A stretch of DNA of 64,000 nucleotides, the filler included, from Octopus bimaculoides (taxonomy: Eukaryota), in the NCBI RefSeq assembly GCF_001194135.2. It is 9 parts of 9 records of this genome, joined end to end, with 100 filler letters (N's around TTAATTAATTAA, not from the genome) between each part and the next. Parts side by side here need not be neighbours in the genome. Positions count along the whole stretch, not along the records: positions 9,267 to 29,124 come from NC_068986.1; 8 more parts are not named here. The stretch is one strand, 5' to 3'. Every line of letters starts with the position of its first letter. The stretch's first letter is position 1. Under the pieces are notes generated by a model. It did not search any database. It saw nothing but the letters and a program-made list of their open reading frames with translations, and had not been told where the DNA came from. Below are positions 13,059 to 27,036 of the stretch, one piece after another. The translations under genes were made by a program, and so were the position numbers.

Positions 13059-14039
13059 GACAGACAGACAGACAGACAGGCAGGCAGGTAAGCAGGAAGA
13101 CTGACAGATAGACAGAAAGGAAGAGACTAAACCTATGCAGTTTCGCAAAAGTATGTCTAAGGTTGTAAAACGCATTGACTAAAAGACATACAAACATATA
13201 CAAATATACATTTTAACTACATTTGCATATATTTGTATGTATGTATGTATGTATGTATGAATGTATGTATGTATATGTACAGATTTGTATGTTTAATTAA
13301 TGTATGTATTCTCATGCATATNNNNNNNNNNNNNNNNNNNNNNNNNNNNNNNNNNNNNNNNNNNNNNNNNNNNNNNNNNNNNNNNNNNNNNNNNNNNNNN
13401 NNNNNNNNNNNNNNNNNNNNNNNNNNNNNNNNNNNNNNNNNNNNNNNNNNNNNNNNNNNNNNNNNNNNNNNNNNNNNNNNNNNNNNNNNNNNNNNNNNNN
13501 NNNNNNNNNNNNNNNNNNNNNNNNNNNNNNNNNNNNNNNNNNNNNNNNNNNNNNNNNNNNNNNNNNNNNNNNNNNNNNNNNNNNNNNNNNNNNNNNNNNN
13601 NNNNNNNNNNNNNNNNNNNNNNNNNNNNNNNNNNNNNNNNNNNNNNNNNNNNNNNNNNNNNNNNNNNNNNNNNNNNNNNNNNNNNNNNNNNNNNNNNNNN
13701 NNNNNNNNNNNNNNNNNNNNNNNNNNNNNNNNNNNNNNNNNNNNNNNNNNNNNNNNNNNNNNNNNNNNNNNNNNNNNNNNNNNNNNNNNNNNNNNNNNNN
13801 NNNNNNNNNNNNNNNNNNNNNNNNNNNNNNNNNNNNNNNNNNNNNNNNNNNNNNNNNNNNNNNNNNNNNNNNNNNNNNNNNNNNNNNNNNNNNNNNNNNN
13901 NNNNNNNNNNNNNNNNNNNNNNNNNNNNNNNNNNNNNNNNNNNNNNNNNNNNNNNNNNNNNNNNNNNNNNNNNNNNNNNNNNNNNNNNNNNNNNNNNNNN
14001 NNNNNNNNNNNNNNNNNNNNNNNNNNNNNNNNNNNNNAT

Positions 14040-15410
14040 CTGATCCCTTATGTTCTGAGTTCAAATTCTTATTTCTTTATTGCCCACAAGGGGCTAAACA
14101 TAGAGGGAACAAATAAGGACAGACAAAGGGATTAAGTCAATTACATTGACCCCAGTGTTTCACTGGTACTTAATTTATCGACCCCGAAAGGATGAATGGC
14201 AACGTCGACCTCGGCGGAATTTGAACTCAGAACGTAACGGCAGACGAAATACCTATTTCTTTACTGCCCACAAGGGGCTACACACAGAGGGGACAAACAA
14301 GGACAGACAAACGGATTAAGTCGATTATATCGACCCCAGTGCGTAACTGGTACTTAATTTATCGACCCCGAAAGGATGAAAGGCAAAGTCGACCTCGGCG
14401 GTAGACGAAATACCATTAAGCATTTCGCCCGGCGCGCTAACGATTCTGCCAGCTCGCCGCCTTACTGAGTAGAAATTCTGCCGAGATTTATTCTGCCTTT
14501 CCTTCTTTTTGAGTCGATAAAATAAAGAACTAGTTTAACTCTAGGGTGGATACAATCGTCTGACCCCTGCACCTCAAGATTGCTGATCTTGCGCCCAAAT
14601 TAGCAAACATTATTAATATCGGTTTCTAACTTAGGTACTAGGACAGCAATATTGAGAGGGTAGTGTCAGTTTATTACATACCTGAACTAGACTGGCCCTT
14701 TATTTTATCTATCTCGGATGGACGAATGAAAGGCAAAGATGACTTCGGCAAAATTTGAACTTAGAACGTAAAGACCAGAAACAAATGCCGAAAAGTATCC
14801 AAAGCTCTCATGATTCTGCCAAACTACTAATGGTGAGTAAGTGCTTGACATTTTGACACAAGTAGTTTTGAAGGGAAGGGTTAGTCGATTATATCAACCT
14901 CCGTACTCGACTGCTACTTTATTTTATCGACCTCGAAAGGATGAAAGGTAAAGTTTACCTTGGTGGTATTTGAACTCAGAACGTAAAGAACCGAAAGAAA
15001 CGCCGCTGAAGATTTTGTCCAGCGTGCTAACGATTCTAACTGGTACTTAATTTATCGACCCTGAAAGGATGGAAGGCAAAGTCGACCTCGGTGGAATTTG
15101 AACTCACAATGCAACAGCAGACGAAATACCGCTCAGCATTTCGCCCGGCGTGCTAACGATTCTGCCAGCTCGCTGCCTTAACAACGATGAATAATTCTTT
15201 TTAATTGTGACGCAAGGTTAGTAATTTTAGGGGTAGGGTTCAGTCGATTACATTACTCTAGAACTAGACCTTCATTTTATCGACCACAAAAGAATAAAAG
15301 GTAGAGTCGACCTCTACGAGATTTGAACTTATATATCTAAAAAAAAAAATAGTTGGAGCAAATACCTCAGTGTTTTGCCCAGCGTTCTAACGATTCTGTC
15401 AAATCACCGC
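14040..15410 (-). mobile_element. Cluster of about 7 family B SINE copies, mostly minus strand, including a head-to-tail dimer at 14068-14464
   Basis: Repeated TTTATCGACCCCGAAAGGATGAAAGGCAAAGTCGACCTCGG...TTTGAACTCAGAACGTA blocks. Confidence 0.85.
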
Positions 15411-16290
15411 CGGTGAATAATTACCGGTAAAAATATGACAGTAAGCAGAAATATGCGGACATCGAGAATCTACATACATATTGGTGAGTAGATGAATAGC
15501 CATCCCTCTTCAAATTTCTTATTGCTTTCTCACCCAATAATCTTATTTACTTTCTCCTTCAATGACGTTGAGAAGAATTCTGTTTGTAGTCAGGCGTGTG
15601 TGTGTGTATAGTATGTGAGTACATTTGTTTGTCTCAGTGTGTATTTATGTAAATAGTGAAACTGTACATTTATATTTGATAATGTTGCAATCATTTAAGT
15701 TGTAGATCTTCTACATATTTCTTCTCAACATCGCCCACTCTCAGGAGTAGGTCTTTCATCCATTGACAAGTGGAAATTGCAAAGAAGCTTGGAACCGTTC
15801 ATTGGCTGAGGACAGTTAACTATAATTTCCCATCAGATTGAAGGCAAGTGGGATCTCCACCGCACACCAACCAATACTCATGTACTATATGAAAAACATG
15901 ATTAAAATATAATATCAAATGATCGCGACCAGGATTACAGGATATCTGAAAACCGAGATGAAACAGATCCTAAGTTATGCTGCCACTGCCGCTGTTGCTG
16001 CTGCTGTTGCTGCTGCTGTTGCTGCCGCTGCTTCTGTTGTTGCTGCGACGGCGGTGGCAATGATGACAGTGATGTCAGATTAATGAATTAATATATGGAG
16101 ATGTATTTGCATAGATGGACTAATGTGCTTATGTATATGTGCAAATGTGTGCGCACTTTAATGAGCGAGGAACTAAGATACTGTACTCCTAACCTATGGA
16201 TTAATCTTTTGATCATATATTCTCATTGCTCTTAACATTTCCTCTTTAACAAACTTCAAAGTCTCACTCCTCCCTATCACACAAATATAG

Positions 16291-16351
<61 letters not shown>

Positions 16352-18329
16352 GATCAACTGCAGCTTAGATATACATATTCATAAATACATATGTATACAT
16401 ATTTATATATAACACTTATAGCGGGACTTGATTTCAATTTGAATTGATTCAAATGTTTGCTGATACCAATAGAAGGTAATACGAGGAAATATTAAATCAG
16501 AGGCAGATATCATAAAGCTGAAATGACCAGATATTCTAAATCTGACAAAATATCAATGAGAACTGGTTCCTATTTAAGCTTCAATTGAGAATTAGATAAC
16601 TGGCAGTTGTTGATGTCGTCTTTATTGTTGTGGATGCTGTTGTAGTCGTCGTTGTGGTGTTTGTTGTTATTGTTGTAATTGATGATGTTATTTAATCACA
16701 AGTAGGCCCTGATCAATCAATTGATCAGATCTATGATCTAAGTCATTCAAAGTGTTTCTTTTTTTCTTTCGGATGAGTGTAACCTTGATGGGCGACATTT
16801 TTTTCCATTGTGGAGTATGCTTTAATAGAGATTTCGTTTCTATTTCTAGAAGGTAAAATTTCCCCTCAGTAGCTCTTTAACAAGAAGTATTTCAACAAGA
16901 CTTGCTTTTAACAGTAGCTATGATTTCAATAAAATAATTAATTTTCTAAATAAAGCACAAAGCAATTTTCTTAACAGATAAAAGTGAATGTAGTTGGCAG
17001 TTGAATCAATCGCATATATTACTGGTATGTATTGTATCGATATCGACTTTCGAAGTGAAACAATAGGTTTCATTTCATTTAAAACATACAATATTTCAAA
17101 CATAAAATGTGAATTAAACAAAAGACCATAAATTTAGCAATAAATGAACGAGAATAAAAGGAACAACGTAAGAGATTTAAAATAGCAGAGGAGATGAGGA
17201 CATCAGATTAGCGTTATACAACAGACGAGATTTGAAGACATCAAACGATATTTAAACAATAAATGAATTTAAGCAATAATAAATTTAAGCGAGATGCAAG
17301 AATTAAGCAGAGGAAATTGAAACAACTAAAGTTAATAGATAATCAAACAGCAGCCGAGATTTAATCAACAGATGGGATTTGAATAAGTAATGAGGTTTCA
17401 ACAATGGAAGAATTTGTTTACACCCAGTGGTCCGTTTAATGAGTACAGCTTAATTGGCTATTAAGTGTATTCGACAATCTCAAAACTTGAGATATTTGAC
17501 TTGCTACATAGCTCCATTGAAAACTGTCAGCAAAAGAGCCAGTGAGATGGAAAAATAATTTTCATGCGTCTATACATGTGTGTGAAAAAGTGAGATATAT
17601 TGGTGTGAAAAAGAAACACCTAACGTTTCTCATTGAAGTCATCACACTTTTCAAATGAATGGACTTGTTCGAAGCGTTAAATTTTCAGCCTGTGGCAAAT
17701 CAACATACGTCACTTTTCGCTTTCTACTCTGACTAGAAGGTTTTCACACATAAATCTCAAAAACATGGTCGAATTCTTCTGAAACACAGTGTTACACAAC
17801 ATAAAATTGACCATTAATCGAATATTTGTCTGTTGACTGAAATATCGGTCAGTATTAGAGATCATACAACGTGATCGATAATAATATTGTTAGAGCCCAG
17901 AAAACAAAATGGCTCGTGGAATTTGAGTATAAGTTTTTGATTTCAAATCCCGCTGCGGTTGACATTACATTTGTTCCTTCCTGGATCGATAAAATAAATA
18001 ACAGTCAAATACAGAGATCGATACGCAGCCTCATATCTATGCTAAAAACAGTATTAACACCCCTCAAAACAAATATTAAATTTAGAAATCAATATTTGTA
18101 TCAAAACTTCAGTTTTGTTATTCATGTTTATGCCCTTCTTGTAATTTTGACCAAAGCTTGCCTTGATCGTGCCTGCGTTACTGTGATATTTGCTAGTATA
18201 TTTATGATAGCATTGGTTGCTATCTCTAGAAGATTGATTGGCAATTTAGGTCAGTGCTAGCTTATTTCGACTCTCGCGTCCTCTACAATACCAAAATGGT
18301 AGTGGTGGAGGTTGATGAACCTCGCTCAG

Positions 18330-18560
18330 AATTGTAGACACCCACATACATTTGCATATCTGCCTGTCAATGCCGTGTATGCCATAAGGTCTGCAAATCT
18401 AACGGAGGCCTCAAAAGGCATTTTAAGATCTACAAAGATCAAAACCTAAGTGCAGTTCTTGGTGGTCTAAAGCAGATATGCAAATTTATATGGGTGTCTA
18501 TTCAAAACAAGCCACATCAGACGCCATGATGGATCTAAGATGTAAGTACAAGGCGGTCAG
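18330..18560 (+). mobile_element. Decayed C2H2-like zinc-finger segment, probably the C-terminus of an RTE-group LINE
   Basis: Translates CRVCHKVCKSNGGLKRHFKIY; a second degenerate finger follows; no intact ORF. Confidence 0.4.
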
Positions 18561-18609
18561 ACTCTGCATGAGAACTAGACAACCACCATGTATGTATGTA
18601 TGTATGTGT

Positions 18610-19217
18610 GTCATTATTCAGTTTATATTAAGAGAAAGAACCGGTTTCTAACCCAAATCCAAAGCTCCTTCATTGGAATTGCAACACCAACAACAGGGTA
18701 ATTTTGTTTGTACGTATGTCATTATTCAGTTTATTTCAAGATTTCTTGCCAATAGAGAAAGAATTCGTTTCTAACCCAGATCCAAGGCTCCTTCATTGAA
18801 ATTTCAACATCATCAACAGGGTATGTATGTATGTATGTATGTATATGCAGATTTGTATGTTTTATGTATGTGTTCTCATGCATATAGTTGCATATCTAGA
18901 CATGCTCATATATATTTAAATGTTAAACTTCTGGAAGGTTTTACAGATTTTTACAGTTCCAGTGATGGATTGGATCTGTAGTCTACGAATTAGCTTTCTC
19001 CTTTCTGATTTTGAGAAGCCTAATTTCTCAAGATCGGTATTAAGCAGTGTGTTACATATTCTAGTGCCCCAATAATTACAGGTATAAACCTGAACTTGTA
19101 ATCTGGATAGAGTAACTGCGGATTTCTCAATAGTTCAGCGTAGATATTCTCTTTTTCACTAATCTTCAGCTTTATGTTAACATCCGATGGGCAGCTAATT
19201 TCCACAACTGTGCACTT
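18610..19217 (-). mobile_element. 5'-truncated R4/Dong-like RLE LINE, 3' end, flanked by (TATG)n
   Basis: Minus-strand CTVVEISCPSDVNIKLKISEKENIYAELLRNPQLLYPDYKFRFIPVIIGALEYV; homologous to 29327-30160; terminal ~100-bp module duplicated. Confidence 0.8.
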
Positions 19218-19377
19218 ATGTATGTATGTATATATGTGTGTATGTATGTATGTATGTATGTATGTATGTATGTATGTATGTGCAAGCATACATTATGTAT
19301 ATAATATAAGTATATGTGTGTATGACCGTGTGTGTGTGTGCGTGCGTGCGTGCGTGTGTGCGTGCGTGCGTGTGTGT

Positions 19378-19427
<50 letters not shown>

Positions 19428-19765
19428 ATCTATATGAATATATTCACCCAAGAATGTGCGTGTATGATGTACGTTTGTATGCATATATCTTCGAATAAAA
19501 AATTCGATTTGAATATGTCATTATTATGTATGAATTAATATAAATATACTCTTTCCATTCATACGAATAGGTGGGTGGGAGTGAGTGCGTGATATGAAGA
19601 AAGGAGAGGGAAAGAGAAAGAGAGAGAGAGACAGGAAAAAGAAAAGAAAAGAAAGATGTATCAAAACGTGTACATGCGTATGTATGAGTGTGTGATTGCC
19701 TTTATACGCCTATATCTTACAAAATCTTACTGAAAATAGAAGTGCATAATTTTTTCATACTTTAT

Positions 19766-19766
<1 letters not shown>

Positions 19767-19836
<70 letters not shown>

Positions 19837-19986
19837 TTATCCGCATCATCAAAATTATCATTATTATTATTTATTATCATTTTTATCATCATATTGATTA
19901 TCATTATTATTATAATTATCATCATCATATTATTTATTATTAATTTCATCATCATCATCATCATCATCAAAGTCAGCATTACTATT

Positions 19987-19997
<11 letters not shown>
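19767..19997. repeat. (TAG)n then (ATT/ATC)n compound microsatellite
   Basis: Direct reading. Confidence 0.9.
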
Positions 19998-20018
<21 letters not shown>

Positions 20019-20738
20019 GTTCTCGTAATTAAATTTCAATTAAATTCTCTAAGATATCGCATCACATTATATCGCTTCTGTGTTCAGGGGAAAAAAATAG
20101 AACTGACAAAATTCGGCTCTGTAAACGTCACTCAAAATTGTCGAAATGTAATGATTTCTAGAAGTTTCAATTCTGATATTCACAGAAACACTGAAGAAGA
20201 TTATTAAAGACACTTGAAGAATGGAAGATCGGAAATTAATTAAGAAAACATTGAAATGTATTTCTTCCTACAGACATGGAATTTATGTTCCTAACACTGT
20301 CTGTGTATTTGCATGTCTTTTTGATTTTCTTTATTCTATATTTCTTCTTCGAATATATGTGTGTATTTATGTATATTACATGCATATATACACACATATA
20401 TACACGCATATATACGTATATACATGCGCACGCATGCATGCACATGCACATATATATCATTCATTTATTAATTCTACTTCATCCCTTTCTCTCTCTCTCT
20501 TCCACTCTCTCTCTCTCTCTCTCCTTTATATATTTATAATTGGCTTCGATGTTCGTTTCGGAGTCTATTCTCTACGAGCACATGCCTTTTGAATGTTTTC
20601 TGTTTTTGTTTTTTTTTTAGGAATTCATACTTTTAAGTATTGGCAGCGTTTTCACTGTGGTACGCTCCTCTCTTTATTTCAATAAACTGGATATATATGC
20701 ATTGGAAAGCATTTTGATATATAAATGTATGGGTGAGA

Positions 20739-20801
<63 letters not shown>

Positions 20802-21646
20802 NNNNNNNNNNNNNNNNNNNNNNNNNNNNNNNNNNNNNNNNNNNNNNNNNNNNNNNNNNNNNNNNNNNNNNNNNNNNNNNNNNNNNNNNNNNNNNNNNNN
20901 NNNNNNNNNNNNNNNNNNNNNNNNNNNNNNNNNNNNNNNNNNNNNNNNNNNNNNNNNNNNNNNNNNNNNNNNNNNNNNNNNNNNNNNNNNNNNNNNNNNN
21001 NNNNNNNNNNNNNNNNNNNNNNNNNNNNNNNNNNNNNNNNNNNNNNNNNNNNNNNNNNNNNNNNNNNNNNNNNNNNNNNNNNNNNNNNNNNNNNNNNNNN
21101 NNNNNNNNNNNNNNNNNNNNNNNNNNNNNNNNNNNNNNNNNNNNNNNNNNNNNNNNNNNNNNNNNNNNNNNNNNNNNNNNNNNNNNNNNNNNNNNNNNNN
21201 NNNNNNNNNNNNNNNNNNNNNNNNNNNNNNNNNNNNNNNNNNNNNNNNNNNNNNNNNNNNNNNNNNNNNNNNNNNNNNNNNNNNNNNNNNNNNNNNNNNN
21301 NNNNNNNNNNNNNNNNNNNNNNNNNNNNNNNNNNNNNNNNNNNNNNNNNNNNNNNNNNNNNNNNNNNNNNNNNNNNNNNNNNNNNNNNNNNNNNNNNNNN
21401 NNNNNNNNNNNNNNNNNNNNNNNNNNNNNNNNNNNNNNNNNNNNNNNNNNNNNNNNNNNNNNNNNNNNNNNNNNNNNNNNNNNNNNNNNNNNNNNNNNNN
21501 NNNNNNNNNNNNNNNNNNNNNNNNNNNNNNNNNNNNNNNNNNNNNNNNNNNNNNNNNNNNNNNNNNNNNNNNNNNNNNNNNNNNNNNNNNNNNNNNNNNN
21601 NNNNNNNNNNNNNNNNNNNNNNNNNNNNNNNNNNNNNNNNNNNNNN

Positions 21647-21978
21647 GATCGCGGTTTCGATTACCAGACCGGGAGTTGTGAGTGTTTTTTGAGCGAAAAC
21701 TCCTAAAGTTCCACAAGGCTGCGGCAGGGGCTGGTGGCGAACCCTGCTGTACTCTTCCACCACAACTTTCTCTCACTCTTTCTTCCTGTTTCTGTTGTGC
21801 CTGTATTTCAAAGGGTCGGCCTTGTCACACTCTGTGTTACGCTGAATCTCTCAAAGAACTACGTTAAGGTTACACGTGTCTGCGGAATGCTCAGCCACTT
21901 GCACGTTAATTTCACGAGCAGGCTGTTCCATCGATCGGATCAACTGGAACCCTCGTCGTAGTAAACGACGGAGTGCCA
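21647..21978 (+). mobile_element. SINE: head/body D plus tail 1
   Basis: GATCGCGGTTTCGATT...GAGCGAAAAC.CCTAAAG...TTCCTGTTTCT|GTTGTGCCTGTA...GACGGAGTGCCAA. Confidence 0.85.
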
Positions 21979-22327
21979 AGAGATATATATTATGCAGGCC
22001 TGTGCCTGTATGTGTGTAAGTAACGTAGTGCGTACATTTTTGTGAAGTGATGTGCGTTTCATGTAGTGGTGTGTGTATGTGTGTGTGTATGTGTGTGTGT
22101 GCGTGCGTATGAACGTGTATACATGTGTATGGGGGTTGCTATGTGTGTGTGTGTATGTGCTAACGCACGGGCCTGTGTGTGTATATAGGAGCATATGCGT
22201 GTGTACGAGTAACCTAGCACGTTGTGTGGAGTGATGTGCGTTTCGTGTACTTGTGTGTATGTATGCATATGGGCCTGTGTATATGTGTGTGAGACTATCG
22301 TATGTGTGTATGTGTGTGACATGTAGT

Positions 22328-22648
22328 GGAGGGGCGTGGCTTAATGGTTAGGATATCCGGCATACGATCGTAACGTCAGGAGTTCGATTCCCAACAATGT
22401 ATTTTGTCCTTGGGCAAGACACTTTATTTCACATTGCTCCAGTTCACTCAGCTGGCAAATCTGAGTAGTACCTGTATGCCAAAGGGCCGGCCTTGTAACA
22501 CTCTGTGTCACACTGAATTTTCCTGAGAACTACGTTAAGGGCACACATGTCGGTGGAGTGCTCAGTCACATGCGCGTTAATTTCACGAACACGATGTTCA
22601 GTTGATCGGTTCAGCTAGGAATCCTAGTCGCGTAACCGTCAGAATAGC
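22328..22648 (+). mobile_element. SINE: CORE-like head C plus tail 1
   Basis: GGAGGGGCGTGGCTTAATGGTTAG...GTTCGATTCC...GTCCTTGGGCAAGACACTTTATTTCAC...CCTGTA...GAGAACTACGTTAAGGG. Confidence 0.8.
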
Positions 22649-22784
22649 AGTCATGTACATGTATTAACAAGACTCTGTTAATCATTGGAACTACTTAGGG
22701 TTTAAACGAATACATATACACACACGCATCTATGTGAGTGTGTCTGTTTATTGGATTATGATTAGGCAAATATGTCAAAGGAAC

Positions 22785-23072
22785 TGTTGTTGTTGTTGGC
22801 ACTCCTTCGCTTACGACGTCGAGGGTTCCAGTTGATCCACTAGACGAAACAGCCTGCTCGTGAAATTAACGTGCAAGTGGCTGAGCACTCCACAGACACG
22901 TGTACCCTTAACGTAGTTCTCGGGGACATTCAGCGTGACTCAGTGTGACATGGCTGACCCTTTGAATTACAGGCACAACAGAAACAGGAAGTAAGAGTGA
23001 GAGAAAGTTGTGGTGGAAGAGTACAGCAGGGTTGCCTGAGCCTCGTGGAGCTTTAGGTGTTTTCACTCAATA
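22785..23072 (-). mobile_element. SINE: body D plus tail 1, with (AAC)n tail
   Basis: Reverse complement of the 21647-21978 type. Confidence 0.85.
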
Positions 23073-24726
23073 NNNNNNNNNNNNNNNNNNNNNNNNNNNN
23101 NNNNNNNNNNNNNNNNNNNNNNNNNNNNNNNNNNNNNNNNNNNNNNNNNNNNNNNNNNNNNNNNNNNNNNNNNNNNNNNNNNNNNNNNNNNNNNNNNNNN
23201 NNNNNNNNNNNNNNNNNNNNNNNNNNNNNNNNNNNNNNNNNNNNNNNNNNNNNNNNNNNNNNNNNNNNNNNNNNNNNNNNNNNNNNNNNNNNNNNNNNNN
23301 NNNNNNNNNNNNNNNNNNNNNNNNNNNNNNNNNNNNNNNNNNNNNNNNNNNNNNNNNNNNNNNNNNNNNNNNNNNNNNNNNNNNNNNNNNNNNNNNNNNN
23401 NNNNNNNNNNNNNNNNNNNNNNNNNNNNNNNNNNNNNNNNNNNNNNNNNNNNNNNNNNNNNNNNNNNNNNNNNNNNNNNNNNNNNNNNNNNNNNNNNNNN
23501 NNNNNNNNNNNNNNNNNNNNNNNNNNNNNNNNNNNNNNNNNNNNNNNNNNNNNNNNNNNNNNNNNNNNNNNNNNNNNNNNNNNNNNNNNNNNNNNNNNNN
23601 NNNNNCCCCCCTGAGTAAAAACAATATTGATAAATCAGAAAAGTAGGATAGACGGGGGGGGGAAGCAGAGAGAAAGTAAAAGCTTAAGCACAATTGGAAG
23701 AAAATATTAAAATGGATATATTTGTGTTGAAGATGCTAAATTTGAAAGTGTGACTTCAGGAAATGTTTTACGAACTCACTGCCAGCTACAGATTTTCAGT
23801 TAAGACTGGAATAAATTTTGAAAAAGACGTTGTTAAATACTTTATACATGGAATAAAGTAAAACATAAACGGTTCAGTTGAAGAAATATGTTAAGAAAAA
23901 ATTAGGCAATTTATGTTAGAAGTATAAGAGAAGTAGCTATTATCAAGATATGAAGAAACGTTTGGCATTGGAAGAGAAACATTATTTAGCAAACAAATTT
24001 ATGGCCGTATAAAACAATAGAATATATAACATTAGAGATATGTAAAAGTTGTGTGTGTATTATTAAAAAGTAGTACAGCAATACCTAAAATCCTTAAGAA
24101 TGTTCTCTATATAGTGCATTAACGAGCTTCTTTTCTTTCCTGAAATTCTATGCTGATGATTCAAAAGAAGGATGAAATAGTTCTACACAGAGTTATCAAC
24201 GACTAGAAATTTTCAGACCTCTTATGATATATTGGAAACATTTTTTAATGTGCATATTCTGTATGCCTTCTATATTCTGATTTCAATTTCAAACTTCCAA
24301 ACCCGCCTCAATTTAACTTAGTCTAGAATGGATTGTCTCCTCTATGATAACTGACTGCTATGGATACTCCACGTGCTTAAATCACTCCAGTTCCTTAATT
24401 TCAAACCTCAAGCTGATCCTTAGATTTTCAAGCTGTTTTAAATCTGGATTTCAATGGTAGCATTTCCAAATTTAGTAATTTAGCTTACCTTACACTGTCC
24501 CAACCATAGTTTTATGTCTCTGCTCCGATACTTTTTCTCCTGTATTAATAATTTCTGAAGCAATTTTTTTCTTATTAATTTTTAAGAAATCAAACTTGTC
24601 GAAACAAATTTGTAAGCTGATATATGAACACATGTATATATGATTTATTTATGTATGCATGGATAAATGTGTGTGTATGTGTATATATATATATATGTAT
24701 GTGCGTGAACATATAATTATACATAT

Positions 24727-24772
<46 letters not shown>

Positions 24773-25067
24773 GTGCGCCCACATATATGCATATATGTAT
24801 ACACGCATATACATATACATGAGTGTGCGCATATATATAAAATCATATAAATAGATATATTTATACGTCCGTTAAATTATGCAAAACTTTCTCTCAGTAT
24901 TTTTGTAACATACATGCATGTAATCCATTCATATGTAAACCATTTATATACTTGTATATACATGCATACATGCATGCATGCATATACCTATGTTCAGCCA
25001 TGCAGTGTTGCAAGTATAAGTATGTGTCTGTACATATATATATATGTATATATATATCTATATACAC

Positions 25068-25107
<40 letters not shown>

Positions 25108-25204
25108 GGGGAGGGAGAAATAGAGGGGAGAGAGAGAGAGAGAGAGTTAGCAAAAGTCGAGATGCGTGGCGTTCAGTTACTCAATAAATGAAAAATGCAC
25201 TAAA

Positions 25205-25375
25205 TGCAGCAAAGCGTACACGTAGGATAGACCCAACTGGTACTTATTTTATCGGCCCCGTAAGGATAAAAGGCAAAGTAGAACTTGGTGAAGTTAGAAC
25301 TTAGAACGGAGGGCCGGAAGAAATATTGCTAAGCATTTTGTCCAGTGCCGTAAGGATCCTCCCAGTTCACCGAGA
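25205..25375 (-). mobile_element. Diverged family B SINE
   Basis: ACTGGTACTTATTTTATCGGCCCCGTAAGGATAAAAGGCAAAGTAGA. Confidence 0.7.
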
Positions 25376-25810
25376 TGCGAACCTGTGAGGTCAAATATGA
25401 AGCGTGGTTATAGCTTGTTGAAGTGTTGTCATTATATAAAAGCACAAGGGTACCGGATGCACATAAGCAACACATGTGCTGTTTATACTATATTCTCCAT
25501 ATGTGCAGAATTTTTGTCGCTTTGTCTTCTAGAATCCCTCAATGTTCTGCTTTTTCTTCAAATTATTGGTTTGGCCGCTTTGTTGGATATCGCTGCCATT
25601 TGTAAAAGTTGGCGTGTTAGAAGAAAGAAACAGCCATTTTGAATATAGTAATATTCCTTTTCTCTACTTCTCACTCATTCTCTCCTTCTCTCTCTCTCTC
25701 TTTCTTTCTCTCACACGCACATTTTCAGTCTTATTCTTTCGCTCTCTCTTTCTCTCTCTCTCTCTCACTTTTAATTCAACCTAATGTCTTTCCCAATATT
25801 TTCTTCCCCG

Positions 25811-25980
25811 ATTGGAAGGCTATTCCGTCGCAGAGTTAACCATTTACAGCTGAGTCGACTGAAGCAACGTGAAATGAAATACTTTGCTGAAGAACTCAAA
25901 ACACCACCCGGTCCGGCAACCGAACCCACGATCTAGTGATTGTAGCTGCAACACTCTAACCACTAGGCCACGGCGCCTTC
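25811..25980 (-). mobile_element. CORE-like head C SINE fragment
   Basis: GAAGCAACGTGAAATGAAATACTTTGCT...CTCTAACCACTAGGCCACG. Confidence 0.7.
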
Positions 25981-26035
25981 ACAGCTACGGACCGAGATCA
26001 CTAAAATCTACCGTTTGATATTTTTAAAGCAAATA

Positions 26036-26208
26036 GAGTGGCTGTGTGGTAAGTAGCTTGGTTACCAGCCACATGGTTCCGGGTTCAGTCCCACTGCGTG
26101 GCACCTTGGGCAAGTGTCTTCTACTATAGCCTCGGGCCGACCAAAGCCTTGTGAGTGGATTTGGTAGACGGAAACTGAAAGAAGCCCGTCGTATATATAT
26201 ATATATAT
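26036..26208 (+). mobile_element. SINE family A
   Basis: Near-identical to 1946-2118. Confidence 0.9.
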
Positions 26209-26748
26209 NNNNNNNNNNNNNNNNNNNNNNNNNNNNNNNNNNNNNNNNNNNNNNNNNNNNNNNNNNNNNNNNNNNNNNNNNNNNNNNNNNNNNNNNNNNN
26301 NNNNNNNNNNNNNNNNNNNNNNNNNNNNNNNNNNNNNNNNNNNNNNNNNNNNNNNNNNNNNNNNNNNNNNNNNNNNNNNNNNNNNNNNNNNNNNNNNNNN
26401 NNNNNNNNNNNNNNNNNNNNNNNNNNNNNNNNNNNNNNNNNNNNNNNNNNNNNNNNNNNNNNNNNNNNNNNNNNNNNNNNNNNNNNNNNNNNNNNNNNNN
26501 NNNNNNNNNNNNNNNNNNNNNNNNNNNNNNNNNNNNNNNNNNNNNNNNNNNNNNNNNNNNNNNNNNNNNNNNNNNNNNNNNNNNNNNNNNNNNNNNNNNN
26601 NNNNNNNNNNNNNNNNNNNNNNNNNNNNNNNNNNNNNNNNNNNNNNNNNNNNNNNNNNNNNNNNNNNNNNNNNNNNNNNNNNNNNNNNNNNNNNNNNNNN
26701 NNNNNNNNNNNNNNNNNNNNNNNNNNNNNNNNNNNNNNNNNNNNNNNN

Positions 26749-27036
26749 TTATTGAGCGAAAACACCTAAAGCTCCACGATGTTCCGGCAGGGGATGGTGG
26801 CGAACCCTGCTGTACTCTTTCACCACAACTTTCTCTCACTCTTTCTTCCTGTTTCTGTTGTGCCTGTAATTCAAAGGGCCAGCCTTGTCACGCTGAATAT
26901 CCCCGAGAACTACGTTTAGGGTACACGTGTCTGTGGAGTGCTCAGCCACTTGCACGTTAATTTCACGAGCAGGCTGTTCCGTTGATCGGATCAACTGGAA
27001 CCCTCGACGTCGTAAGCGACGGAGTGCCAACAACAA
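26749..27036 (+). mobile_element. SINE: body D plus tail 1
   Basis: Colinear with 21647-21978; ends GGAGTGCCAACAACAA. Confidence 0.85.
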
